Shown here in pieces: positions 18,090 to 27,659 of a stretch of 64,000 bases of DNA (positions within the stretch are counted from its first letter, which is position 1; every line of letters starts with the position of its first letter). The position numbers and the translations under genes were made by a program. The notes beneath the pieces are model-generated. The model did not search any database and had not been told where the DNA came from. It saw only the letters and a program-made list of their open reading frames with translations. The stretch lies in the NCBI RefSeq assembly GCF_056712565.1, contig NZ_CM160072.1; one strand, 5' to 3'.

Positions 18090-18214
18090 CTTGGCTATTC
18101 TAATTAATTCTCACAAGATTTCATAGATGTTGAGTAGACCTCTCAGAAGTTGTTTCATTCCTCACAGAATCCATCTCGATTGCCACTAATCTTGCCGGGC
18201 GTCATCCTTCCCAT

Positions 18215-18850
18215 ATGAAAAATCTAAATTCTTTGCAAGAAATCGCACGCGCGATCCGAAATCTCATCCGTACCGGCATCGTTAGCGACGTAGACCTCAA
18301 GGAGGGGCTATGTCGTATCCAGACCGGGGGGATGCAAACCACTTGGCTGAACTGGCTGACCACCCGAGCCGGTCGTTCGCGGACGTGGTGGGCTCCCTCG
18401 GTCGGTGAGCAGGTTCTGCTGCTGGCAATCGGTGGCGAGCTTGATACCGCTTTCGTGCTGCCGGGTATTTTCTCCGACGATAACCCCGCCCCGTCTGCCT
18501 CGGCGGATGCGTGGCATGTGGCTTTCCCTGATGGTGCGGTCATTGAGTACGAGCCCGAAACCGGCGCGCTGACGGTCAGCGGCATAAAAACGGCCGACGT
18601 GACGGCATCGGAGTCCATCACCGCAACCGTACCGCTGGTACTGGTGAAAGCCTCGACCAGTATCACCCTCGACACCCCGGAGGTGATTTGCACCAATAAG
18701 CTAACGACGGCGACGCTTGAGGTGCAGAAAGGCGGCAAGATGAGCGGCAATCTCGAACATACCGGCGGGTCACTGTCGTCTAATGGCAAGGTACTCCACA
18801 CCCATAAACACCCGGGCGACAGCGGCGGGCAAACGGGGGCACCGTTATGA
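18215..18850 (+). CDS. V: baseplate spike/assembly protein (P2 gpV family)
   Basis: 211 aa as P2 V, first of V-W-J-I-H-G run. Confidence 0.8.
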   Translation: MKNLNSLQEIARAIRNLIRTGIVSDVDLKEGLCRIQTGGMQTTWLNWLTTRAGRSRTWWAPSVGEQVLLLAIGGELDTAFVLPGIFSDDNPAPSASADAWHVAFPDGAVIEYEPETGALTVSGIKTADVTASESITATVPLVLVKASTSITLDTPEVICTNKLTTATLEVQKGGKMSGNLEHTGGSLSSNGKVLHTHKHPGDSGGQTGAPL

Positions 18851-19194
18851 CGGCGCGCTATCAGGGGATGAACCGAAATACCGGCCTTGGCATCAGCGAT
18901 ACCGAGCATATCAGCCAGAGCATGCGCGATATTCTGCTGACGCCGGTCGGCTCGCGGGTGATGCGTCGTGAATATGGCTCGCTTCTGTCGGCGCTGATTG
19001 ATATGCCGCAAAACCCGGCGCTCAGGCTGCAAATTATGGTGGCGTGCTATTCGGCTATCCAGAAGTGGGAGCCGCGCATCAGGCTTACATCCATCAGCTT
19101 TGAGGCCGGCGACGCTGGCGAGATGTATGTCGATATTACCGGGATGCGTACCGATACCGGTGCGTCAGTTTCAACCACTGTTTCACTGAGTTAA
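18847..19194 (+). CDS. W: baseplate wedge protein (P2 gpW family)
   Basis: 115 aa as P2 W. Confidence 0.75.
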   Translation: MTARYQGMNRNTGLGISDTEHISQSMRDILLTPVGSRVMRREYGSLLSALIDMPQNPALRLQIMVACYSAIQKWEPRIRLTSISFEAGDAGEMYVDITGMRTDTGASVSTTVSLS

Positions 19195-19200
19195 ATAACT

Positions 19201-20109
19201 ATGGCAACCGTTGACCTGAGTCAGTTACCCGTTCCCGATGTGGTTGAGGAACTGGACTATGAAACCATCCTTGCGGAACGCAAAGCGACGCTGATATCGC
19301 TCTATCCAGAAGACCAGCAGGAGGCCATTGCCCGGACGCTCACACTTGAGTCAGAGCCGGTTGTTAAGCTGCTGCAGGAAAACGCCTACCGTGAAGTTAT
19401 CTGGCGTCAGCGGGTGAACGAAGCCGCGCAGGCGGTGACGCTGGCCTACTCCGCCGGTAACGACCTCGACGTCGTAGCCGGGAACAATAATACCGAACGC
19501 CTGACCATCACCCCGGCGGATGATACCACCATCCCGCCGACACCTGCCGTTATGGAATCTGATACCGACCTGCGACTGCGCACGCAACAGGCGTTTGAGG
19601 GATTGAGCGTGGCGGGTCCGGTCGGTGCATATGAGTATCACGGTCGCAGCGCCGACGGGCGGGTCGCTGACGTTTCGGTCGCCAGCCCGTCGCCAGCCTG
19701 CGTGACGATTACCGTGCTATCGCGTGAGGGTGACGGCACTGCCAGCCCTGAGCTACTGGCGATTGTTGATAAAGCGCTGAACGCCGAAGATGTGCGCCCG
19801 GTGGCTGACCGGGTGACCGTCCAGTCAGCCGAGATTGTACCGTACCAGATTGACGCGACGATCTACGTTTACCCCGGCCCCGAATCTGAACCCATCAGGC
19901 AGGCGTCAGAGCAGAAGCTGCAGAGCTACATCAGCGCGCAGCACCGCCTCGGGCGTGATATCCGTCTGTCAGCCATTTATGCGGCGCTGCATGTTGAGGG
20001 GGTGCAGCGTGTCGAGCTGACATCACCGCAGGCCGACATAGTGCTGAGTAAGTCGCAGGCGTCGAACTGTACCGAGTACCAGATAACTATCGGGGGCTCG
20101 GATGAATGA
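19201..20109 (+). CDS. J: baseplate protein J (P2 gpJ family)
   Basis: 302 aa as P2 J. Confidence 0.8.
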   Translation: MATVDLSQLPVPDVVEELDYETILAERKATLISLYPEDQQEAIARTLTLESEPVVKLLQENAYREVIWRQRVNEAAQAVTLAYSAGNDLDVVAGNNNTERLTITPADDTTIPPTPAVMESDTDLRLRTQQAFEGLSVAGPVGAYEYHGRSADGRVADVSVASPSPACVTITVLSREGDGTASPELLAIVDKALNAEDVRPVADRVTVQSAEIVPYQIDATIYVYPGPESEPIRQASEQKLQSYISAQHRLGRDIRLSAIYAALHVEGVQRVELTSPQADIVLSKSQASNCTEYQITIGGSDE

Positions 20110-20710
20110 CCGGCTATTACCCGTTGGCTCGTCGCCGCTGGAGGTCGCCGCCGCCGCTGCGTTCTCTGAGATTCAGCGCGTGCCGGTACCGCTGCGCACC
20201 CTGTGGAACTGGCGCACCTGCCCGGTAAAGCTGCTGCCGTATCTGGCGTGGGCGCTGTCGGTCGACAGGTGGGATGAGAAATGGCCGGAGGCGACAAAGC
20301 GCAGCGTCTGCGCGTCCTCGTTTTTCGTCCATCAGCACAAAGGCACCATCAGCGCATTGCGTCGGGTCGTCGAGCCGCTCGGCTTTCTGATTGAGGTGCG
20401 CGAGTGGTGGCAACTCGACGAGGAGCCAGGCACATTCCGCCTCGTTGTTGGCGTCCTCGACAGCGGCATCACTGACGAAATGTATCAGGAGCTTGAGCGC
20501 CTGATTGAAGACGCCAAACCGGCAAGTCGCCACCTGACGGGGCTGGCTATCAGCCTGAGTGCAACCGGCGAGCTGTATGTCGGCGCGGGATGCTACGCCG
20601 GCGACGCGCTGACCGTTTACCCCTACACCCCCGAGGAAATTGTCGTCGGCGGTGAATATTACCCGGCCTCGGCCATCCATTTGATTGATAACCTGAGAGT
20701 GAACGCATGA
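20102..20710 (+). CDS. I: tail/baseplate protein I (P2 gpI family)
   Basis: 202 aa, position after J. Confidence 0.7.
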   Translation: MNDRLLPVGSSPLEVAAAAAFSEIQRVPVPLRTLWNWRTCPVKLLPYLAWALSVDRWDEKWPEATKRSVCASSFFVHQHKGTISALRRVVEPLGFLIEVREWWQLDEEPGTFRLVVGVLDSGITDEMYQELERLIEDAKPASRHLTGLAISLSATGELYVGAGCYAGDALTVYPYTPEEIVVGGEYYPASAIHLIDNLRVNA

Positions 20711-21732
20711 CCGCAAAATATTTTGCCATTCTGACCAATCAGGGCGCGGCGCGGCTGGCGAACGCGGCGACACTCGGTACCAAGCTCAACCTGACGCAGA
20801 TGGCGGTCGGTGATGCGAATGGTACGCTGCCGACCCCTGACCCGACGCAGACGAAGCTCATTAACCAGAAGCGCATCGCGCCGCTGAACCTGCTGACCGT
20901 TGACCCGGCCAATACCAGCCAGATTATCGCGGAACAGATTATTCCCGAGAATGAGGGCGGTTTCTGGATCCGTGAGATTGGTCTCTATGATGATGCCGGT
21001 GTGCTTATTGCCGTGGCGAACTGCCCGGAAACCTACAAACCACAACTGCAGGAGGGAAGCGGCCGCACGCAGACCATTCGCATGATTCTGATTGTGTCGA
21101 GCACGTCGGCTATTACTCTGAAAATCGACCCGTCGGTCGTGCTGGCAACGCGCCAGTATGTCGACGATAAGGTTATTGAGGTGAAAGCCTATGCCGATAA
21201 TCTGCTGGCCGCACACCTCGCCGCCGCGAATCCTCATCCGCAGTACCTGCAAGTCGCCGACATAGCGAAATATACGCCAGTAGGTGTGCCACTTCCTTTC
21301 CCGTCAGCAACGCCGCCGACAGGCTGGCTGAAATGCAACGGCGCGGCATTTGATAAGGCGAAATATCCGGGGCTGGCTGCAGTTTTTCCGTCTGGTTATT
21401 TGCCTGATTTACGCGGTGAGTTTATTCGCTGCTGGGATGATGGGCGCGGTATTGATTCAGGCCGCATGTTACTGAGCGCGCAGACGGGAATGCTGGAAAG
21501 GCACCGACACTTCATCGTCGCGAATACTGCATATGAGGAAACCGATGAATGGGATATTGGTGTCATTTATCGTTCTACATACGTGCAGGGACGCGGGCTT
21601 GATGCATCTTCGACTGGAGGTAGCTTGATTCCTACCCCGACCCTTCACTCTAAAGGTCGTGTAGGTAATACCGGCGGAGCTGAAACACGACCGCGTAACA
21701 TCGCATTTAATTACATCGTGAGGGCGGCATAA
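20707..21732 (+). CDS. H: tail fibre protein (P2 gpH-like, short form)
   Basis: 341 aa; C-terminal receptor-binding part shares long identical stretches with the silent fibre segment at 48185-48679. Confidence 0.75.
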   Translation: MTAKYFAILTNQGAARLANAATLGTKLNLTQMAVGDANGTLPTPDPTQTKLINQKRIAPLNLLTVDPANTSQIIAEQIIPENEGGFWIREIGLYDDAGVLIAVANCPETYKPQLQEGSGRTQTIRMILIVSSTSAITLKIDPSVVLATRQYVDDKVIEVKAYADNLLAAHLAAANPHPQYLQVADIAKYTPVGVPLPFPSATPPTGWLKCNGAAFDKAKYPGLAAVFPSGYLPDLRGEFIRCWDDGRGIDSGRMLLSAQTGMLERHRHFIVANTAYEETDEWDIGVIYRSTYVQGRGLDASSTGGSLIPTPTLHSKGRVGNTGGAETRPRNIAFNYIVRAA

Positions 21733-22328
21733 TGGCGAAAGCAACATTGAATAAAATCGGTATTGCCACAAAAGCCGGTGATATGACTGTTTATAACTAC
21801 GACGGGGAAACGCGCGAGTTTCTGTCGACTTCCACCGAGTTTCTAGCGGTGGGCGTGGGGATTCCAGCCAACTCGTGTACTGATGCGCCGGTCGATGAGA
21901 AAGAAGGTTTTGCCATTTGCCGCACGGCCAGCCTTGATGGGTGGGATTATGTTGTCGACCACCGGGGCGAGACCGTGTATGACACCGAAACCGGTCAGCC
22001 TGTCGAGATTACCGGGCTTGGTGATTATCCTGATAATGTGACCACCATCGAACCGATGACGCCTTACGACCGCTGGAACGGTAGCGAATGGATTATGGAT
22101 GCGGATGCACAGAAAGGCGGTCAGGTTGCGACAGCAGAACAGAATAAAGCCTCATTGCTGGCCGAAGCGCAAAGCACAATCAGCCTGTGGCAGACTGAGC
22201 TGCAGCTCGACATCATCAGCGACGATGACAAAGCCAACCTGATTGCATGGATGAAATACATTCAGGCACTGAACGCGGTCGACACCTCAACAGCACCGGA
22301 TATCGAGTGGCCGGTAAAACCGGAATAA
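21732..22328 (+). CDS. G: tail fibre assembly protein (P2 gpG family)
   Basis: 198 aa; N-terminus ATKAGDMTVYNYDGETRE shared with the ORF at 48679-49281. Confidence 0.75.
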   Translation: MAKATLNKIGIATKAGDMTVYNYDGETREFLSTSTEFLAVGVGIPANSCTDAPVDEKEGFAICRTASLDGWDYVVDHRGETVYDTETGQPVEITGLGDYPDNVTTIEPMTPYDRWNGSEWIMDADAQKGGQVATAEQNKASLLAEAQSTISLWQTELQLDIISDDDKANLIAWMKYIQALNAVDTSTAPDIEWPVKPE

Positions 22329-22334
22329 CGCAAG

Positions 22335-22357
22335 GCGGGCTGATGCCCGTCTTTTTT
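22335..22357 (+). terminator. intrinsic terminator after G
   Basis: GCGGGC-tgat-GCCCGT followed by TTTTTT. Confidence 0.55.
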
Positions 22358-22459
22358 ATGATTTGTTTATGTGCCATCCCCTACCCATCGCCGATAAATA
22401 GCCCCTCAACAGACCAGCCAGGACAATAACACTTGCCCACTAACCACGGAGTTAACCGG

Positions 22460-23638
22460 ATGAGTGATTTTCACCACGGCGTGCAGGTGCTTGAGATTAA
22501 CGACGGCACCCGCGTCATTTCCACTGTTGCAACCGCAATCGTCGGCATGGTCTGTACAGCCAGCGATGCGGATGCGGCAACCTTTCCCCTCAACGAGCCG
22601 GTACTGATTACCAATGTGCAAAGCGCCATTGCGAAAGCCGGTAAAAAAGGCACTCTGGCCGCGTCCCTGCAGGCCATCGCCGACCAGTCAAAACCTGTCA
22701 CAGTTGTCGTGCGTGTTGCCGAAGGTACCGGAGAAGACGCCGAAGCGCAGACCATTTCCAATATCATCGGCGGCACGGATGAGAACGGTAAATATACCGG
22801 CATCAAGGCGCTATTGACTGCCGAAGCAGTCACCGGCGTTAAGCCGCGCATTCTCGGCGTGCCGGGTCTCGATACCAAAGAGGTCGCAGTCGCACTTGCT
22901 TCGGTCTGTATCAGCCTGCGCGCGTTTGGTTATGTCAGCGCATGGGGTTGTAAAACCATTTCCGAGTCGATGGCCTATCGCGAGAATTTCAGCCAGCGCG
23001 AGCTGATGGTCATCTGGCCTGATTTCCTTGCATGGGATACCACCACAAACGCCACCGCACCGGCATACGCAACTGCGCGCGCACTCGGCCTGCGTGCCTA
23101 TATCGACCAGACCGTCGGCTGGCACAAAACCCTGTCTAACGTCGGCGTGCAGGGTGTTACCGGCATCAGTGCGTCAGTGTTTTGGGATTTGCAGGCATCC
23201 GGCACCGATGCTGATCTGCTCAACGAGGCCGGGGTCACGACACTGGTGCGTAAGGATGGCTTCCGCTTTTGGGGTAACCGCACCTGCTCTGATGACCCGC
23301 TTTTCCTGTTTGAGAACTACACCCGCACCGCGCAGGTGCTGGCCGACACGATGGCCGAGGCGCACATGTGGGCGGTCGATAAGCCCATCACCGCATCACT
23401 TATCCGTGACATTGTCGACGGCATTAACGCCAAATTCCGCGAGCTGAAATCAAACGGCTACATCGTGGACGGTGAATGCTGGTTCGACGAGGAATCGAAC
23501 GATAAGGAAACCCTCAAGGCCGGGAAACTGTATATCGACTACGACTATACACCGGTTCCACCACTGGAAAGCCTAACCCTGCGCCAGCGTATCACCGATA
23601 AATATCTGGTGGATCTGGCCGAATCGGTCAACAGCTAA
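22460..23638 (+). CDS. FI: tail sheath protein (P2 gpFI family)
   Basis: ATG 22460 (MSDFHHGVQVLEI...); about 392 aa. Confidence 0.85.
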   Translation: MSDFHHGVQVLEINDGTRVISTVATAIVGMVCTASDADAATFPLNEPVLITNVQSAIAKAGKKGTLAASLQAIADQSKPVTVVVRVAEGTGEDAEAQTISNIIGGTDENGKYTGIKALLTAEAVTGVKPRILGVPGLDTKEVAVALASVCISLRAFGYVSAWGCKTISESMAYRENFSQRELMVIWPDFLAWDTTTNATAPAYATARALGLRAYIDQTVGWHKTLSNVGVQGVTGISASVFWDLQASGTDADLLNEAGVTTLVRKDGFRFWGNRTCSDDPLFLFENYTRTAQVLADTMAEAHMWAVDKPITASLIRDIVDGINAKFRELKSNGYIVDGECWFDEESNDKETLKAGKLYIDYDYTPVPPLESLTLRQRITDKYLVDLAESVNS

Positions 23639-23653
23639 GGAGCCTGAAACAAC

Positions 23654-24172
23654 ATGGCACTACCCCGCAAACTTAAATATCTGAACATGTTCAATGACGG
23701 CCTTAGCTACATGGGCGTTGTGGAATCCGTGACGCTGCCGAAGCTGACCCGCAAGCTCGAAAACTATCGCGGCGGCGGCATGAATGGCGCGGCGGCGATT
23801 GACCTTGGTCTCGACGATGATGCGCTCACCGTCGAATGGTCTGTCGGTGGCCTGCCTGATGTGGCGCTGTGGGCGCAGTACGCCGCGCCGGGTGCTGACG
23901 CTGTGCCGTTGCGTTTTGCTGGCTCTTACCAACGTGACGACACTGGCGAAATCGTGGCGGTCGAGGTGGTCATGCGTGGCCGTCATAAAGAAATCGACGG
24001 CGGCGAGAATAAGCAGGGTGAAAACACCTCGACCAAACTGTCGACCGTATGCACCTATTACCGCCTCACGATTGATGGTAGCGACGTCATCGAAATCGAC
24101 ACCGTCAACATGGTTGAGAAGGTGAACGGCGTCGACCGTCTGGAACAGCACCGCCGCGCAATCGGGCTGTAA
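23654..24172 (+). CDS. FII: tail tube protein (P2 gpFII family)
   Basis: 172 aa as P2 FII. Confidence 0.85.
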   Translation: MALPRKLKYLNMFNDGLSYMGVVESVTLPKLTRKLENYRGGGMNGAAAIDLGLDDDALTVEWSVGGLPDVALWAQYAAPGADAVPLRFAGSYQRDDTGEIVAVEVVMRGRHKEIDGGENKQGENTSTKLSTVCTYYRLTIDGSDVIEIDTVNMVEKVNGVDRLEQHRRAIGL

Positions 24173-24235
24173 TTCCCTGACCGGTCAGCACTGCTGGCCG
24201 GTTATTAATCCCCATTCAGAGCAGAGAAAAACATC

Positions 24236-24571
24236 ATGGCAAAAGCACCACGTAAAACCGCTGAATTTGTTGATATGGCTGGCAATGAAATTGACACCGT
24301 AAACCCGAACGTCGTGACCCTCGACAAGCCGATTAAGCGCGCCGGTCAGACGATTGATAAAGTCACACTGATTGAGCCGAACGCCGGTACCCTGCGCGGT
24401 GTCAGTCTGGCAGCGGTGGCGCAGTCCGAAGTCGATGCGCTGATTAAGGTATTGCCACGCATGACCTACCCCGCGCTTACGGCGCAGGAGCTTACCGCAA
24501 TGAACCTGCCCGATATGCTGTCGCTGGCCGCTAAGGTGATTGGTTTTTTGTCACCGGCTTCGGCGGAGTAG
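24236..24571 (+). CDS. E: tail assembly chaperone E
   Basis: ORF preceding tape measure; contains slippery site TTTTTTG 24544-24550. Confidence 0.7.
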   Translation: MAKAPRKTAEFVDMAGNEIDTVNPNVVTLDKPIKRAGQTIDKVTLIEPNAGTLRGVSLAAVAQSEVDALIKVLPRMTYPALTAQELTAMNLPDMLSLAAKVIGFLSPASAE

Positions 24572-24722
24572 ATTTCCCGCCCGACCTGTCGACCGATGAC
24601 CTGATGGCGGATATCGCGGTGATATTCCACTGGCCGCTATCAGATCTCTATTCCCTGAGCCTGACCGAGCTCATCACATGGCGCGAAAAGGCGCTGCAGC
24701 GTAGCGGACACCACAATGAGTA
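24236..24722 (+). CDS. E': E+E' -1 frameshift product (tail assembly chaperone extension)
   Basis: -1 frame after TTTTTTG is open to TAA 24720-24722 (FFVTGFGGVDFPPDL...ITWREKALQRSGHHNE), arrangement as in P2 E/E'. Confidence 0.6.
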
Positions 24723-27160
24723 ATAACCTGAGACTTGAGGTTTTGCTGAAAGCGGTCGACCAGGCGACCCGACCGCTTAAATCCATCCAGACCGCGAGTA
24801 AAACCCTGTCGGGCGATATTCGCGACACACAAAAAGGGCTGCGTGACCTGAACGGGCAGGCCGCGAAAATCGACGGCTTTCGCAAAACCAGCGCTCAACT
24901 GGCCGTAACCGGCCAGTCGCTGGAGAAGGCAAAGCGCGAGGCTGAAGCGCTTGCCACGCAATTCAAAAATACTGAGCGCCCGACGCGAGCGCAGGCACAG
25001 GTGCTCGAATCCGCAAAACGTGCCGCCGAGGGGCTGCAGGTTAAATACAACAGCCTCACCGAGTCGGTTAAACGCCAGCAACGCGAGCTGGGTGCCGCCG
25101 GTATCAATACCCGCAATCTGGCAAACGATGAGCGGGGGCTTAAAACACGTATCAGCGAGACGACGGCGCAGCTCAACCGGCAGCGTGAAGCATTGGCGAA
25201 GGTCAGCGCACAGCAGGCGCACCTAAACCGAGTGAAAGAGCGATATAAATCGGGTAAGGAGCTTGCCGGTAACATGGCCGCTGCAGGTGCTGCCGGGGTC
25301 GGTATTGCGACAGCGGGAACGATGGCCGGGGTTAAATTGCTGATGCCCGGTTATGACTTTGCGCAAAAAAACTCCGAGCTGCAGGCTGTGCTCGGGGTCG
25401 ATAAGCAGTCGCCAGAAATGCAGGCGTTACGCAAACAGGCGCGCCAGCTCGGTGACAATACAGCCGCTTCTGCTGATGATGCAGCCAGTGCGCAGATTAT
25501 CATTGCAAAAGGTGGTGGTGATGCGGCGGCTATAGCGGCCATGACACCTGTGACTCTCAACCTGTCGCTTGCAAACAAAAAAACAATGGAGGAAAACGCG
25601 CAACTGTTGATGGGGACAAAAGCCGCCTTTCAACTTTCTAATGACGCGGCTGCGCATATCGGTGATGTTCTTTCAACCACGATGAACAAAACCACCGCTG
25701 ATTTTCAGGGACTAAGTGACTCATTAAGTTACCTTGCCCCTGTTGCGAAAAATGCTGGGGTGAGTCTTGAACAGGCGGCGGCGATTACCGGCACACTTCA
25801 TGATAATAACATCAGGGGGTCAATGGCTGGGACTGGCGGCGCTGCTGTTATAACGAGACTACAGGCACCCACAGGCAAAGCATACGATGCTCTCAAAGAG
25901 CTGGGAGTTAAAACCTCAGACAGCAAAGGCAATACGCGCCCGCTATTTACCATCCTGAAAGAAATGCAGGCCAGTTTTAAGCGCAACAATCTTGGTACCT
26001 CACAAAAGGCCGAGTACGTGAAAACGATATTCGGCGAGGAGGCTATGAAGTCTGCAAGTGTCCTTATGGCGGCAGCGGCAAGCGGAAAACTCGATAAGCT
26101 AACTGCCACGATAAAGGATTCAGACGGTAAAACAGAGGAGCTGGTCAAGGTTATGCAGGATAACCTCGGCGGCGACTTCAAGGAGTTCCAGTCAGCATAT
26201 GAGGCGGTCGGCACTGACCTCTATGACCAGCAAGATAGCTCATTGCGTCAGCTAACTCAGACAGCAACACGGTATGTGCTAAAGCTTGATGACTGGATCA
26301 AAGACAACAAGGAGTTAGCGGAAACTATCGGCATCATCGCCGGTGGTGCGCTGGCGCTGATTGGTATCATCGGCGGCATTGGTCTCGTTGCGTGGCCGGT
26401 TGTCATGGGGATTAATGCAATTATCGCCGCTGCTGGCGTGCTGGGTACGGTCTTTACTGTCGTCGGTAGTGCCATTGCGACAGCGCTCGGTGCGATTACC
26501 TGGCCGATAGTGGCCGTCGGTGCGGCGATTGTGGCGGGGGCGCTACTCATCCGTAAATATTGGGAGCCCATCAGCGCATTTTTCTCGGGAGTGATTGAAG
26601 GCATCATGAGTGCCTTTGCCCCAGTCGGGGAAATGTTAGCTCCACTGGCTCCCATTTTTGATGGTCTCGGCGAGAAACTGCGCGGCGTCTGGCAGTGGTT
26701 TAAAGACCTGATAGCACCGGTTAAGGCCACGCAGGAAACGCTTGATAGCTGCAAAAATGTCGGCGTCATATTTGGTCAGGCACTGGCCTCTGCCTTGATG
26801 GCTCCGCTCAATGTTTTTAACAAGCTGCGCAGCGGTGTCGACTGGCTTCTCGAAAAGCTCGGCATCATCAACAAAGAGTCGGACAGCCTCGACCAGACCG
26901 CCGCCAAAACCAATGCCGCCACACAGGGTAATTCCTACATCCCGGCAACCAGCACATATGGCGGCTATCAGGCTTATCAGCCAGTTACCGCACCGGCGGG
27001 GCGCTCTTACATTGACCAGAGCAAAAGCGAATACAACATCAATCTGCCGGGAGGTGTTGCGCCGGGGCATCAGCTTGACAGACAACTACGCGACACGCTC
27101 GAACAGATTGAGCGCGATAAACGCGCCCGCCAGCGTGCCAACATGACCCACGACTATTGA
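24716..27160 (+). CDS. T: tail tape measure protein (P2 gpT family)
   Basis: 814 aa, coiled-coil N-terminal half, Gly/Ala-rich hydrophobic segment. Confidence 0.85.
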   Translation: MSNNLRLEVLLKAVDQATRPLKSIQTASKTLSGDIRDTQKGLRDLNGQAAKIDGFRKTSAQLAVTGQSLEKAKREAEALATQFKNTERPTRAQAQVLESAKRAAEGLQVKYNSLTESVKRQQRELGAAGINTRNLANDERGLKTRISETTAQLNRQREALAKVSAQQAHLNRVKERYKSGKELAGNMAAAGAAGVGIATAGTMAGVKLLMPGYDFAQKNSELQAVLGVDKQSPEMQALRKQARQLGDNTAASADDAASAQIIIAKGGGDAAAIAAMTPVTLNLSLANKKTMEENAQLLMGTKAAFQLSNDAAAHIGDVLSTTMNKTTADFQGLSDSLSYLAPVAKNAGVSLEQAAAITGTLHDNNIRGSMAGTGGAAVITRLQAPTGKAYDALKELGVKTSDSKGNTRPLFTILKEMQASFKRNNLGTSQKAEYVKTIFGEEAMKSASVLMAAAASGKLDKLTATIKDSDGKTEELVKVMQDNLGGDFKEFQSAYEAVGTDLYDQQDSSLRQLTQTATRYVLKLDDWIKDNKELAETIGIIAGGALALIGIIGGIGLVAWPVVMGINAIIAAAGVLGTVFTVVGSAIATALGAITWPIVAVGAAIVAGALLIRKYWEPISAFFSGVIEGIMSAFAPVGEMLAPLAPIFDGLGEKLRGVWQWFKDLIAPVKATQETLDSCKNVGVIFGQALASALMAPLNVFNKLRSGVDWLLEKLGIINKESDSLDQTAAKTNAATQGNSYIPATSTYGGYQAYQPVTAPAGRSYIDQSKSEYNINLPGGVAPGHQLDRQLRDTLEQIERDKRARQRANMTHDY

Positions 27161-27173
27161 GGGGGATTAAACG

Positions 27174-27659
27174 ATGATGCTTGCTCTCGGAATGTTTGTG
27201 TTTGAACTTCGCACCCTGCCTTACCAGTCGATGCAGCATTCGAAAGATTATCGCTGGGTGTCCAATGACCGGGTGGGTAAACCACCTGCCTATCAGTTTC
27301 TTGGCGAGGGGGAAACCTCTATACAGCTTGCTGGTACGCTATACCCCGCTATCACTGGCGGTTGGATCTCACTAAAGGCTGTAGAGGTGATGGCCAATGA
27401 AGGCAGAGCGTGGCCGTTGATAGAGGGAACCGGAAATATCCTCGGGATGTATATCGTCGATAAAGTATCGACTACACGCACCGAGTTTTTCAGTGATGGT
27501 GCGGCCAGAAAGATTGATTTCACGCTTTCGCTAAAACGGGTTGATGAATCGCTGACAGAGATGTTTGGTGACCTGAATAAACAGGCCAGTGAGCTTCTCG
27601 GCTCTGCCGGTAATTTGACAGATAAACTGCAGGGTATGCCCGGAGGTTTCACTGCATGA
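27174..27659 (+). CDS. U: tail protein U (P2 gpU family)
   Basis: 161 aa, order T-U-D. Confidence 0.75.
   Translation: MMLALGMFVFELRTLPYQSMQHSKDYRWVSNDRVGKPPAYQFLGEGETSIQLAGTLYPAITGGWISLKAVEVMANEGRAWPLIEGTGNILGMYIVDKVSTTRTEFFSDGAARKIDFTLSLKRVDESLTEMFGDLNKQASELLGSAGNLTDKLQGMPGGFTA

Noticed and set aside
18202-19032. 276-aa reverse-strand ORF
   Set aside because: Antisense to baseplate genes V and W, which have clear homology and operon context.
20117-21252. Reverse-strand ORFs 20117-20773 and 20659-21252
   Set aside because: Antisense shadows of tail genes I and H; Arg-rich low-complexity translations typical of GC-rich antisense frames.
22329-22459. P2 Z/fun variable locus between tail fibre assembly gene G and sheath gene FI
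   Set aside because: Only ~130 bp with a terminator; no cargo at this locus in this prophage.
24674-25275. Reverse-strand ORFs inside tape measure gene T
   Set aside because: Shadow ORFs of the Ala/Gln-rich tape measure coding sequence.
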